The position numbers and the translations under genes were made by a program. A stretch of DNA of 64,000 nt from Camelus dromedarius (taxonomy: Eukaryota). Positions within the stretch are counted from its first letter, which is position 1. Every line of letters begins with the position of its first letter. Shown here piece after piece: positions 1 to 12,870 of this stretch. Below the pieces are notes generated by a model. The model was not told the origin of the DNA. It worked only from the letters and a program-made list of their open reading frames with translations, and searched no databases. The DNA lies in the NCBI RefSeq assembly GCF_036321535.1, contig NC_087451.1:37138001-37202000 (forward strand), in the 5' to 3' direction.

Positions 1-177
1 CTTGTTCAAAATTATTCCGCTGAGGCCTGAATTCAAAACCTGGCCATCTGACGAGAGATACCACACTCTTAACTACTACAGAATTAAGTCTAGGACCCAG
101 CAAACTATAGGCACTCAATAAATGATACACGTATTTGTGCCTGTCCCAGTGACCAGTATGCAGAAAATAAACAAATT

Positions 178-406
178 GGGAGTTCGACATTTGCAGATAC
201 TAACATATATATATATATTTTATATATATAAATTTTATATATAAAATAAATAACAAGTTCATTCTGTATAGCACAGGGAACTATATTCAGTATCTTGTAA
301 TAATTATGTTGAAAAAGAATATGAAAATGAATATATGTATGTTCATGTATGACAGAAGCATTGTGCTATACACCAGAAATTGTCACATTGTAAACTGACT
401 ATACTT

Positions 407-452
<46 letters not shown>

Positions 453-455
453 AAA
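178..455 (+). mobile_element. L1 3'UTR fragment (older artiodactyl-type), 5'-truncated, with (TA)n/A tail
   Basis: gggagttcgacatttgcagatac...ctgtatagcacagggaactatattcag...cattgtaaactgactatacttcaataa is a typical laurasiatherian L1 3' end. Confidence 0.85.
412..448. repeat. (TA)n microsatellite in the L1 tail
   Basis: Uninterrupted TA run read directly. Confidence 0.95.
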
Positions 456-467
456 AAAACCCCCAGC

Positions 468-680
468 AATAATAGCAGCTAACTTTTAACTGAGCCATTA
501 CTATGTGCCAGGCATTATGCTAAGTGCTTCTTACAGTTTTTTTCTTTTACTCCCCACATCAGCCCTAGGAGGCAGGCACTGTCTTATCCTCATCTTACAG
601 GTGAGGAAATTGAGAACTGGAGAAATTAAGAATGCAGCCAAGGGTGACATGTTACGGACATGACAGGCCAGCCAAGAAAC
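468..680 (-). mobile_element. MIR SINE
   Basis: actatgtgccaggcattatgctaagtgct...catcttacaggtgaggaaattgag matches the reverse-complemented MIR core. Confidence 0.75.
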
Positions 681-1486
681 AAGCACCACTCGGAGGGTTG
701 GAGTACTCAGATTTACGCCAGCGGGTTCAGAGGGACTTCTGCTCCGAAGCTCTGAGCACCTCCAGGACGTGTACATGAGGTTTTACAGGGTTAATTACAA
801 GCTTGGGGTATTCGGCCAATAGGCATGGAACAGCTTTAGCAGAATCATTATCACAAAAGTAGAGGCAGGGAGGCAGCAAACCAACATTTCAAGGCCAGAT
901 ATGTCTCTCTGAAAATCCAGCTGGCTAGCAAAAAACATGAGCAGGGAATCAGCAAACCGACGCTTATGAACTTAGATTTACGAGTTAGCCCAGCAGAACT
1001 CAGATCAGTAACCTGACACTTGCTACACTTAGATTTACAGGTAGGCCCAGCCCGGCTTTTCCTTCACAATACAACCAGTTGGTGACTCAGCAATCATTGA
1101 AGCCCAAGAGCCCTGATTCAAAAGCCCATGTTCTCAAGTAGTACACAGTAACGTCTCTTACGAGGAGCACTGTGAGTGAACGTGTTTCCATTGATCCACT
1201 CCACAGGTATTGCCTGAGCACATACCACGCGCTGCGTGTTATGCCGAGTGCGATGGAAACGGTAAAGAGTAAGAGAAAGGTAGATCAGCCTTCATGGAAA
1301 TTACAATCTGGATGAAAAGCCACCACAAATGAGAACTCTGAAGAACGAAGAGAAAGAACGCCCACATTTACATCCTACCCTTCCCAAAACTCTACTAAGA
1401 TAATGAAATTACAGTGATGATAACGAACATGCATCAAGATGTGTCAACACGGATATGAATGTTCTGCAGGGAAGATAACAATAAAG

Positions 1487-1994
1487 TGTAATAGGGAAGA
1501 ACAAATCTGACTCCATATTGGCTCTGTTTCTTTTTCTTTAACCTTTGGGTTCTGTTGCTTTTACTATAAGTTAATCACTAAAAGGATATTGCCCGTAGCC
1601 TGAAATTTACAGGATAGCCCGTTTTCAAGGCTCTGACCTTGAAAGGTATAACACATCTCCATTCATATAGAGATAAAAAGTTGCAGAGCAGAGAATAACA
1701 TTTGTCTTGTTGGAGCTTTACAGGAACATCGTGACCTGACCTACCTGGACCGCTGCAAGACCAAAGGATTCCAACACCATGAAGTTTGCCAAAAACAACC
1801 ACACCCACCCCCCTTTTTAGTATAAAAGGAGCCTGAATTCTGACTTGGGTGAGATGGTTCTTTGGGACAATGATCCATCATCTTCTTGGTCTGTTGACTT
1901 TTGGGATAAAGTTGCTATTCTCTGCCTTAACAACTCGTCTTTCGATTTACTGGCCTGTCATGTGGCAATCAGTACGAGGTTGGACTTGGCAACA
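1487..1994 (+). mobile_element. ERV1-class solo LTR (MER41-like artiodactyl family by recall), 508 bp
   Basis: Starts TGTAA and ends CAACA. 4-bp flanks AAAG/AAAC form a near-TSD. TATAAAA at 1821-1827; degenerate poly(A) signal GATAAA at 1905-1910. Confidence 0.8.
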
Positions 1995-2004
1995 AAACCT
2001 TATA

Positions 2005-2110
2005 ACAACCTGTTTTACAGATGAAAAATCTGAGGCACAGAGAGGTCAAGTGGCTTGTCCAAAGTCGTACAATTCGTTTGTGGCAGAGCTAGTGTAGGAT
2101 CTAGAGCCAA
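2005..2110 (-). mobile_element. MIR SINE fragment
   Basis: ttttacagatgaaaaatctgaggcacagagaggtcaagtggcttgtccaaagtc is the MIR core. Confidence 0.8.
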
Positions 2111-2957
2111 GGCTTTGATGCACCTCTTTCCACAGTAAAGGAAGGAAAACATAAATTCTCAAGGGCGGAGACTTCAGGAGAAGGGGTATCCAGGACTGGG
2201 AGAGATCAACAGAATTTTAAAGACTGGAAGGCAGGGCAGGAGGAATAACTTACTTAGCAGAACAGAGAACACCATGGATAAAAGCAGAGGACTGAGAACA
2301 GAGCTGCTTCTCCCCAACGCCAGACCTCATAGAGACACACGAATTGGGGACTTTGATGTCACAGAGCGTGGGTTGGGGGGTACACGGAGTCATCCTGGAA
2401 GGTAGGCATCGGTATTCGTAACAGTCAACACCTTCACATGCTCCTGTGTACAGAAGGCCGGGAGCCAGGCACTGACCCCGCTCCGCAAGGAGACATTCGC
2501 AGGGAAAGTTACCAAAGTCTGGTGTCTCCTTCCTCATGGAGACAGGACGTGCTCTTGGTCTCTCCCCGACTCTCACTTGCTCCCACAGGGCAGGAATGGT
2601 TAATCCAGGAAGAACGGATCAGGCTTAGTTCAGCCCCCTTTTCTTCTTGGGAGAGAGTCTGTCCAGGAGAGGGCACTTTTCTTCTGCGCTTCCTGATGTG
2701 AGTCTCTCCACGAGAGGAGGCCTGTCTGGGTCCAGCACTGCCCATGACTGCGTATGTGAGTCACGAAGTCTCCGGGCTTCAGGTCACGGACCCCCTTGGC
2801 TCTCGCTCTAAGCCGCCTCCCTACCTGAGCTTTCAACAGTTTCATAAATGTGATGTTTTCATCTCCCTCCTGCCTTGCTTTTTGGCCCTGTTTCTCAACC
2901 TGCGCAGAACTTAGGTTAATTAAGAAAAAAGACAGAGACAAAGAGACAGAGAGAGAT

Positions 2958-3008
2958 GGAGGGAAAAAGGAAGGAAGGAAAGGGAGAGGGAAGGGAAAGG
3001 AAGGAAAA
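2958..3008. repeat. 51-nt pure purine (GGAA/GGGA) tract
   Basis: No pyrimidine on the + strand between 2958 and 3008. Confidence 0.9.
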
Positions 3009-3059
3009 CAGAGAATGAAGGATTTTTAAAAAAATGTATTAAATAACATCCTTGGAGAG

Positions 3060-3620
3060 ATATGAGGAGATAATGTAGCCACAAAACAAGAATTTATTAA
3101 TCAGAGCAAAGAAGAGTTCTCAGAAAGTAAAGCCAGAGCGCCCAAAATAGAGATTTCTCTTGATGAGCTTGAAGATAAAGCTCGCCCTAGTTTCTCTCCC
3201 AGAAAGAGAACCAACGGAGACAAGGAGATGGAAGATACTGGGTGGAGGGGAGAGAAACAGGAGAGAAGGGATCAATCCCGAAGGTCTAACAGCCAAATGA
3301 GAACGGGAGCTCGAGTTCCCAACAGAAAACAGCAGGCGGGAAGTCTATATATTGTACAAAGGAGCCTCCAGTGTGAAAGGGCATCCTAGGGGCCCAGCAT
3401 CAGAAGCAAACAGAGACCTGCATCGAAGGCATGTCGTCACAGAGTCTTGCAATCGGGGATAAAGAGCTGCAAGGGGGCCTCGCCCCTCCCCCCACGGGGC
3501 ACCGTGAAAGCCAGGCTTGGAGGTTAAGACTGTGAACTTTCTAAATCTTAACACCTTCAAAGCTCTTTATTTTCTGCCATGTCTGGTTTTTTTTTTTTTT
3601 GTTTTTTGTTTTTTAGCAAT
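3060..3620 (+). mobile_element. Ancient HAL1/L1ME ORF1-region remnant
   Basis: cttgaagataaag...ctcccagaaag...gacaaggagatggaa...ggatcaatcccgaaggtctaaca resembles decayed ORF1 coiled-coil/RRM sequence (LEDK...DQSRRSN). Confidence 0.55.
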
Positions 3621-3812
3621 TTCTGACCCTGAAAAAAGCCGAACCTCCATTTTCTCTGTTCCTCCTCTCTGACTGCCAAACACTGCTGCAGAAAATTCTA
3701 AAACCATGCCATAGATTCTGCTACAGATCTGGGGTTTGCACTCTCTATGGCTCATCAGACCCAGAGAACAACTTTCTCACTCCCGCACAGCAGCCAGAGA
3801 ACAGCTGGATGT

Positions 3813-4045
3813 GAGTATATATTCATATATATATATACACTGCTTTATACATAAATATATATATACATACACACAAATACACACAGTTTGTAATGCATAT
3901 TATATTATATAATATGTAAAATGTATTATGTATAGTATATAATTATGTATTAAAAGTATTATTATATTATTACATAATATATTAAAATATATTATATATA
4001 ACATACAATTATATGTGTGTGTACACATACAAATATATATATAAA
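3813..4045. repeat. AT-rich low-complexity, degenerate (TA)n
   Basis: Read directly. Confidence 0.9.
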
Positions 4046-5529
4046 AACTCAGATAGTGATGAGTGCTCTAAAATTCAGACAAGTTGCTCAGTCTCCCCAC
4101 ATTCCTCCATGAATGAGACTTCCTCACAAAATGTCGCCCTGTTCGCTAAGTGGTCACAGGCACCCTTTTGCCTGGATTACTCCTCCTCATTGATTAAAGT
4201 TACTTAATGGTAGCGAATTCACAGGGAGCACTCAGGGATCTTTTTTAATTTCAAGGGAAATCCAGTGGTGGTGGACATCCATCGCACCGTGCGAATTCCT
4301 AGTTCAAGGTGTTTTGCACTTTGAGCATTTCATTCGATCAACTGCATTCTTTTTGAGGACATCAGCTTTGAGCCAAGTTGGGGTTGGGGCCCTTAGAGTG
4401 ATCAAAAAGCAAGAACCATATGAAAATCACGGTGGAAAGGACATGAGGGTGACAGAGTCTGACCTGATTCCAGCATTTGAGAAGTTATCCAGCAGGCACA
4501 CACGTAGCATTAGCAAGCAATCGTTTCTAAAAACAAAGTCAAAGAGTTTTCTCTTGATTTATGTGTGTTATTTTTTAAACTTCTACTAAACTGTTAGGAC
4601 AAATACTTACTAAGCTTTTTGGACCTGACCATTTAACAAACAGAACTCGGGTATTTCTTTTGGCTTCGCGTGCTGTGAAAGAATTACTAAGACACTAAGG
4701 ACCCTGTGAACCCGGAGAGTTTGGAAATCTCTTTCCTGGACTTTTAGACTCTTAACATCTGCCTTTGTAGGGATTTACCTCCCTTCACACAATAGTGGTT
4801 GTCCTTTGCTGCAATCACTTAAGTGACAAAGTGCTTTGATCTGCCTGCTGCTGGTACAGACCATACACACACACACACACACTTCCTTCTGCCTCCTTTC
4901 ACATGCATAGGAGCTTCCTCCATTTATAACTGCATTTGAAAGAGGAAGTTTGGAGAATGTACCAAAAAAAGTGAGGAAGGAACCACGAAGGAAATGAAGG
5001 CAAATGAAACAGTGTCTGTGCGTGGGGTTCCTTGGAGGTCCACGAGGAGGGAAGACACTAGAGGCACAACCCGGGGCAGCTGTTGTGCAACTGTAGGCAG
5101 AAGAGGGATATTTTGCAATTGCAGGAGACAACATGTAGCACAAAGTATAGATAAAGCCCAGTCCAGAGTGACACCCTTGCACATGACATTGATGTTCTCA
5201 CAAGCACAGGTTTTTCAGGCACTGGGACTGGAACAGACAAGTTGGAGCTGGAGGAGGGGGATCCAGGCAGGACAGGTGCACTGTGGCAACTGCAGGGGTT
5301 AGGCTGGTTTCTGGGTCCATCCAGTTGGAGATCTGGGAAATAGTTTAGATGAGGGTTGAGAGCATGCCACTCACAGATGGGGAGATTTTGATCAACCCTA
5401 AGCTGTATGAAGATAAGGACAAGGTCTAACAACTTCACTGCTGTCTCTAGTACCTGAGACAGGGCTCACCGCATAGTAAATGCTTATTTATTTGTTTTTG
5501 TCTGTGTGTGTGTCTTTGTTTATTTCTAA

Positions 5530-6130
5530 CTCCCTGCTAGAAAAGCACACATCTCTCCAAACTAACAAACTCGAAATATATAAAACCAAACTCAATGCCT
5601 TCTCCTCATTTACTCGTCCTTTGTCCTGGAAGGTCCTTTAACTCCCCCTCCCCCTTGTTCTTCGGTACCCCATACCCCATCCTCCACTATGGTTTCGATC
5701 TCTGACCTCTCCCTTGAATTCGGCCTTAGTCAGGTCTCCATCACCTCTTCCACTGAGCCTCTCCTCCAGTCTAGCCCAACCTACGCACTAATTCCCAAAC
5801 CCAACGGTTCACTCCCCTGTTCAGAAACTTTCCATGGCTTCTTATGTCTTATCAAGTAGAAACCAAACTCCTTAATAAAGCTTGTGACGGCCTCGACCTT
5901 CTGGCCCCTTTCAACATCGGTTACTTCCATTTCCCTCCCCCTGCACTGAGGACCACCTGCCCTACACTCGCATCTCTGTATTTCTGCCCACTGCATCATG
6001 CTATTTCTTCTCTGTCATGCTAGATTGCAAGTTCCTTGAACCCTAGGACATGCATTATTTCTCCTTATATCCCCCGGTGCCCCTGCACCCAATACAGTGC
6101 CTTGTTTGGGGAGGGGTACTTAATAAGAAG
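5530..6130 (+). mobile_element. L2 LINE 3' fragment
   Basis: cactcccctgttcagaaactttccatggctt...accaaactcctt...ctagattgcaagttccttga...acagtgcctt...acttaataa is an L2 3'-end pattern. Confidence 0.7.
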
Positions 6131-9100
6131 TCCTTGGGAAGGACATTAATTAGACCCAGACTCTCTCTTCCCTCATCAGTGACCCCCTCCCCCAGGGGAG
6201 AAGATGACTTACCTGATTCATGAGTTTGGCATAAGGATCTGAGTTTTCTCAATTCAACATCCTCATTCTCTCTTTGAGGAACCAGCCACCTATAATTAAC
6301 CTGTATTCTCGCTGAATTCTCCTTTCTTCTTGGCCATCCAGAAACCTTATTGGGGCAGGATCATTCCAGCAAAGAAGGCCTCTAGCTTGGGGAAGGGTTG
6401 CAAGTTTGATCCAGGGTTGGGGGTGGCGTGTAAACAAACCTATTTTCCAGATTAACCCATGCCCTCCCATATAGTGCTTTGTGAGTAAGAAAGGTGAGGT
6501 TTTATCTCCATCTATCTGATTCTTTTGTAAATTTTCCAACTCTTTCCAATTTAGGCAGGTTAGAAGGTGTTAGATTTTAAGTCTTCTCAAAATCTAGTGT
6601 CTCGTACAGACAATGTGTATCCTATACGTGTCCCTGATTTAACTGACTTGAATCCTGTCCCAGAGACTTATTTTCAGCTCTCTCGTGAGATTGGGGAAAA
6701 AAAAAAAAAAAAAAAAAGCCTTACTTTATAAATAGTACAACAGTTAACATGGCATCTTTCAACTGAGGAAATTGAAACATTTTGGGGTTTGAGAAACATC
6801 ATTTGTTATTTCACAAACAGCAGGCGGTTGGGAAAAGCCAAAAATGGATTTTCCATGTCAGATTTCTCTTCATCTAGAAAGCCTTCCCTTCTCAGGGAAA
6901 TTTATAGGTTTCAGGCTTCCTTTTCCCTGTGGTCATCAAATTTAATTTCCCAGGAGTTTTTTTCTTCTTTTTTTTTTTTTAGGTTCTAAACTTGTAAAAT
7001 TTTCCCAATTCTTGACATTCCAGATCCTCTCATCTCCCCTCAATCCATCAATTCTAACCCTTCCTTCCCTCCACTTCTATGCTACACTTTTATTCCTCTG
7101 AACATTGTAGAGACAACCAGACCTCCTGGTTCTCAAAGACCCACTTTGAGCTTTTGCATTTCTTTTGTTATCTCAAAACATCCACCAGCATTTTACATCT
7201 TTCCCTCCAGCCTCCAACTGTAGCCTCTCCTCCTCCAAAAAGTGAGCTTTTCCCCTCTACCTTGCATCAAACCCAGGAGACCTGCTTTTCTCCATTCCTT
7301 TTATACCCTTTTGATTTTGTTTTTCTCCACTGACTCGTTCCCACCGACCTTTAAACATACCCAGATCTCGTTCTGAAAAACCTCCCGCTTTCCTCTTCAC
7401 TTGTTGCCCGCCTCTAGCTGCCTTCCCGTTTCACCCCACTTCCACTCACCATCCAAACCCTAAAAACATTGTTACACAGGTTGTACCTGTATTTCCACAT
7501 CACTGAGTTGCTCCACCACTCCATGACCTTCTGCTTCCAACCCAAGCATTCAACGGAAAGAACTGCTCTTAAAGTTCACCAACAATCACTTCATTGTCAC
7601 ATTCTTCAGTCTTTCTTTAGTCCTCATTCTTCCTGAACCACTTGCTTCATTGACATTCATGGCCCCTTTCTGACCACCCCCCCTTGTGTTAAAGGTACCA
7701 CCCGACAAACCCCACCCACTTATTTGTCTGTCTTTTTTGTCTCGGTCTCATGTTCTTTCCCGAAAAGTTGTGATTCAGACCTGAGTCTTGATGCGCACTA
7801 TGCCAAGTGCCTATATTTGCTGTTCTCACTTCATCTTAATAATAGAATGAGGTGTGCAGCCCAGTCATGGTGAACTGTGCCCATCCGACAGTGACTGGTG
7901 TACGACTGGGCATGTGGCCCTTTTCTGATCAGTGGCAAAAGGAAGGCCTCTTAGGGGTTCGGAAAATCTTTTACTTCTTCTAAAAGAGGCACACAAGGAG
8001 GAAAAACATGTCTCCCTGCCCATCTCTTTTTTCTTTTGCTATCATCACATAAGTACAAAAAGAATTGAGCTGCACCAAGAGGGAAGGGTAAGAGAAAGGT
8101 GTAGAAACCAAAACCGTCCCTTGACATCAAGGAACTTCCAAGCTAATGCTGCAACTTCCCATATGTTTGAATGACAGGTCTAGAGGTAAGTCAGCTACTG
8201 GCTATATTTCTATTACTTGCAGCCAGATACACTGACGCATGCTTCTAAAACTCTCTACATTTCATCCATTCTCACAGAACATACTGTGAAGTCTATGCTG
8301 ACCTCATCAAAACCCTTACCTCCAAATGTCTCTCCCACCCCCAGACTTCCCAAGCACTAGATCTTTCCACTCAGATTTCATGCCATCATCTTAAAGCAAC
8401 ATGTTCAAATCCAAACTCATCAGTTTTTCCCTAACGTCAGCCAGGCTTTTGTCATCTCATAAAGATTAAGAAACCCTTTGAGCCTTTTATAGAAGAACAT
8501 GAGTTTCAACCTAGCTAGAGCTCTCATGGTGGGGGATCATTGTGCAGACAGGTAAGACAGAATTTAGGATTTATATCTTAACGAGGCTTAGCTCTGCCTG
8601 GGTATGCTGAGTATTTCACAATGGATGTGGGTATAAAAACAGGGATGAGACACAGAATACACAGCAGGAAGTGGCCAAAGACAAAGCCAAAATGAGAGGA
8701 GTCATCAGACCATGAGAGATATTTTCCTAAAGAGCGTGGCCCTCGCAGTGTAAGATTTTAAGCTATGGAACAATGTGATCAGATTTACATTTTGCAGAAG
8801 TAGCTTCAGCAAAAGCATGAGGAATGAATCAGAAGGTGAAAAGACAGACACCAGAGCTTTCAAGGGGGTTAACTGAGCAAGGCAGTGGTTGCCAAGATCA
8901 CTTCTTAGCTAAAGTAGCCCTGGTCCGTGATTGAGCAAAGCATGGTGCACAATCCCACCAACAGAGGAGCCTCCATCAGGCACTCTTGGCTCCAGACCTC
9001 TCCACTGGCCTGGCACAGACCATCAGATCTGCCTCGCAGTCACATGGCCCCCTCTGCCCAGCGAATGTTTTGCACTCAGTATTTGCTTCCCAGAGAGCCC

Positions 9101-9920
9101 AACTGGTGCCAGCTACATGAGTTAGTGCCTATTATTCAATTTGATTAAGTAAGGATTTAATAAGCATTAAAATGGAAGAGGCAGGAGATTAGTGATTTGC
9201 TCAACTGACCCAAATTACCAAATACAGGAATCCTTACTCCAAGCAATTCACTTCCTAATTAATGTACTCAGTCTTTCCTGGGTTTTTTGTTTTGTTTTGT
9301 TTTGTTTTTTTCATCTCTGTTAACCCAGAATATAAATAACTATATTCCATCAACACTCCCTCCAAAATATCACCCATTTCTATTGTCTTACTTTCCTCTT
9401 AAATTTTATCTTGCCATCAAATATTACGTAGTAAAAATAAACAAGGATGAACTAGTAAATCGCAGGTAAAAGAATTCATTCAACCCCTTTGGGTATGTCA
9501 TTACTGACTGCTTTCCAGATTGAGCTATATCATGGCATAAACCACAATCACTCAACACATAACTCCATATGGCAAAAGCTCTGTATAGTAAGATGAACGT
9601 ATAAGGCATGTATTAAATCTCTTCCCAGAACATAATGGTCAGAAGTATTGCCAGCAGAATTAATTGAAAAAGGTCTTGTTTCTGAGAATTTAACCATTTA
9701 CTTCACAAAGACAGAGGTTCATTTTCTCTTTCTTCCTTTTACATCAGTCATCATTTATCTCAGGTTAATCTTCCAAGAAGAGCACAGAGAGCTACAAATA
9801 TGTTGGCATTTCCTTCTTACAAGGAAAACTGCAAAGCAGATAAAAATCTGCTTTCCCTGATTCTAGTCAGCCAGCATTGTATTAATTGGTATCCTGTTGC
9901 AACTTTCTGATGTTTTCTTA

Positions 9921-10145
9921 CAGGGATCAGCAAACTACCATTCGTGGACCTAATCTGACCCACCACTTGTGTTTGTAAATAAAGTTTTATTGGAACACAG
10001 AGATGCTGGAGCTTATGTATTGTCTGTGGCTGCTTTCCTACCACAATGACAGCGTTGAATCATTGCAACAGAGCCCACCTCACCTACAAAGCCTAAAATA
10101 GTTACTATCTGGCCCTTAACAACAACAAAAATCTGCCAGCCCCTG
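9921..10145 (+). mobile_element. MER58A (hAT-Charlie MITE), full length
   Basis: Terminal inverted repeats CAGGGATCAGCAAACT...TGCCAGCCCCTG; internal tttgtaaataaagttttattggaacacag is diagnostic. Confidence 0.9.
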
Positions 10146-11250
10146 TCCTGGTTAAAAAAAAAAGTATGATAATTTTCTCACAGTTCAGGTATTTGTTCAT
10201 TCATTATGATTCACTCATAACATTTTAACCGACATTTTAACATGTTAACATCACTGTTAATGTGTCAATATGAAATCAGGAATGATTTTTAAAGATCATA
10301 ATGAATGCTCTCCTTTTCTGTTGATTAATAGGTGATTTTTCTTTTTAATGAACCTAATTAAAAAAAAATCTTCTACCCAGAAGACATTTAGAATCTTAAG
10401 TACAGCCCTTGATATTCATCCATGTTTTAAGCTGGCTTTAAACTTGAAGCTTTAAAACAAAAACAAAGGTTAATCGCTAGAAGAAACTGGAAATATAACT
10501 AGAGCTTTAAGAAATCTTAGAAGCTAATTATGCCCTAACTGCCATGTTTTCCTTTCTTTCTTCTTGGAGAGACTGCCTCTCTGAATAAAAGAAAATGCCA
10601 GCCTTTTAAAATGCCTTCCGTCCCCAGATCTTTTGACGTCATAGACCTTCCAATTTTAATGGAGCAACATGTTCTTAGGAATTCATCAATGAATCATAGC
10701 ATGAGAATGAGGAGGAAAAGGAGGAGGAGGAGGTCTGCACTGAAAGTGATTGCAGACGATCTGCTGCTCTAGACGGCGAGGGCTGCACAGGCCACCAGGC
10801 TGCTCACCTGAGATGCCCAGAAGCTAAGGAAGCGTGGACTTCTGGTCACCAGCTTCCCTGCGTCCAGCTTTCCACTGCAAGTGCTTTAGGTTTGCCCCAG
10901 GGCATAAACAAACATAGGTCTCTGAGTGATGAATTTGCCCCTCCTCCTGAGCTGTTTTACTCCCTCTGATCATTTCCTTCTCTGAGTGGGTATGGTTGTT
11001 TGGGGTTTTGTGAGCTTGGATTCAACTGCATCTTCAAGATGATGAAATCAGCATTCCCCAGTGCAGCCCCTCCAGGGTCATACGCCAAGGACTTTTTAAC
11101 TTTCTTTTTATTTCAAAAGTAATATAAAGATGTTTGCATAAGAATCATAAAAATATTAGTAAGCAAAAAAAAAAATCAGATTATCCACAATCCTACCACC
11201 CAAGGAAGCCACTAGACCATGTAGCTGTATATTTATTTAGTCGTACACAT

Positions 11251-11657
11251 AGTGGATTGAATGGTGCTCACCCACTCCCCTCAGAAATATATCAACCCAG
11301 ACCTATAAATGTGACCTGATTTGGAAAGAAGTTCTTTGCAAAGGCAAGTACGTTAAGGATCTCAAAATGAGATCATCTCAGATTATTGGATAGGCCCTAA
11401 ATCCGATGACACGTGTTCTCGTGAGGAGGGGAGAAAGCGTGTGGAGACAGAAGCAGAGACGGGGGTGATACCGCCACAGGCCAAGGAATGCCTGGAGCCT
11501 CCAGACAAAAAGTCTTCTCCTCTAGAGCCTTCAGAGGAAGCATGGCTCTTGCTTTCAGACTTCTGGTGTCCAGAATTACAAGAGAAACAGATTTCTGTCA
11601 TTTTAAGCTGCCAAGCATGTGGCAATGTGTTACAGCAGCCCTAAGGAGCTAATACTT
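11251..11657 (+). mobile_element. MLT1 (ERVL-MaLR) solo LTR, MLT1C-like
   Basis: tagtggattgaatggtg...gatctcaaaatgagatcatc...ccacaggccaaggaatgcctggagcc...ctagagccttcagagg...ttacagcagccctaaggagctaatac. Confidence 0.85.
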
Positions 11658-11987
11658 CTGTTCAGTAAAGATACATTGAACCAGTGTGAGCTAGATATTA
11701 TACCACAGAGTTAAAGGAAAAGATGAGAAAGACACCAAGCCTTTCAAAGCCTTTTTCTATGCATTCATACAAATAAATGTATACGTATATTTTAATGGGT
11801 TAGCATAATGTAAAAGTTATTATCAATGCATCTTTTTACCTAATCATATAAACTGCTTTTCATGTAATTAATAAATAGAGCTTCATCTTACAGATGAACC
11901 ACTATTTTGCTCGAGCAGTTCTCAATTTTGGAACATTAAGCTTGTCTCCTTTTTTTTTTTTTTTCCCTATACTGCAATAACCATTCT

Positions 11988-12153
11988 CTTTTTTTTTTTA
12001 ATATTTTTTATTGAGTTATAGTCATTTTACAACGTTGTGTCAAATTCCAGTGTAGAGCACAATTTTTCAGTTATACATGAACATACATATAGTCTTTGTC
12101 ACATTTTTTTCGCCGTGAGCTACCACAGGATCTTGTATATGTTTCCCTGGGCT
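11988..12153 (-). mobile_element. Young camelid-type L1 3' tip inserted in an old L1ME
   Basis: T-tail then ttattgagttatagtcattttacaacgttgtgtcaaattcc...; ACCATTCT at 11980-11987 and 12154-12161 is a TSD candidate. Confidence 0.85.
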
Positions 12154-12224
12154 ACCATTCTTTATCTAAATACTTATGTACACCCTTCATTGTTCTCTTA
12201 AGTTGTTAAAAATGGAATTTAGAG

Positions 12225-12870
12225 TTCCAGTCCATGCCGGTTATCAACTTCTTGTCTCTCCAGGCCAAATCGACTCCTCTTTCCCCTGCTTTGTGAAGCT
12301 AGGGCTGGACCCTGCAAACACGCCTCCTCTACCCGTTGGCGCAGCTGGGGCTTTGTCAATAGAGGGTGCTGGAGAAATACCGCCAGCCAGTAGTGGCAGG
12401 AAGACACTTCTTGCAGGGTCCCAGCCCTCCATTTCTGCACCCAGCAGTCCTTGCAGACCAGGTCCAAACACGGTCTCAGGCCACACAAACACACCCGCAG
12501 CAGCTCTGGCCGTGGCTTCCAACATCTGTCCCACCTTCCAATGGACACATCTAGAGACCAACATCGTGCACCATATGGAGAGTTTCTTCACCACCAGTGG
12601 CTGGGTTTCCCAGTGGCAGGCCCAGGATCTTCCAAGAGATCTAAATCTCAACCTTGGGCCAGGGTTGGGAGCACCCTCCTAGTCCTTAATTCCTTCATTG
12701 TCCACTTTTCCTCAGCCCAGATGTAACAGCTTCTTTTCTGCACATGCTAGGTCTGGATCCTTTAGAGGAGCCCTGTCACTTTCACTAGCTAACAATTCTT
12801 TTGATCAAATCTTTCTTGTTCAAATAACCGGTGCACCGTCAGTCTCCTAACTGACCTTGGCCGCTATAAA
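12225..12870 (+). mobile_element. Probable old ERVL LTR (LTR40/41-like)
   Basis: The 3' portion ttcttttgatcaaatctttcttgttcaaataaccggtg...gtctcctaactgacc resembles ERVL LTR U5 ends. Family and 5' boundary are uncertain. Confidence 0.4.

Noticed and set aside
970-1051. CRISPR-like repeat-spacer-repeat (25-nt repeats, 32-nt spacer)
   Set aside because: Only two imperfect units, mammalian context, no cas genes. Kept as a low-interest local repeat.
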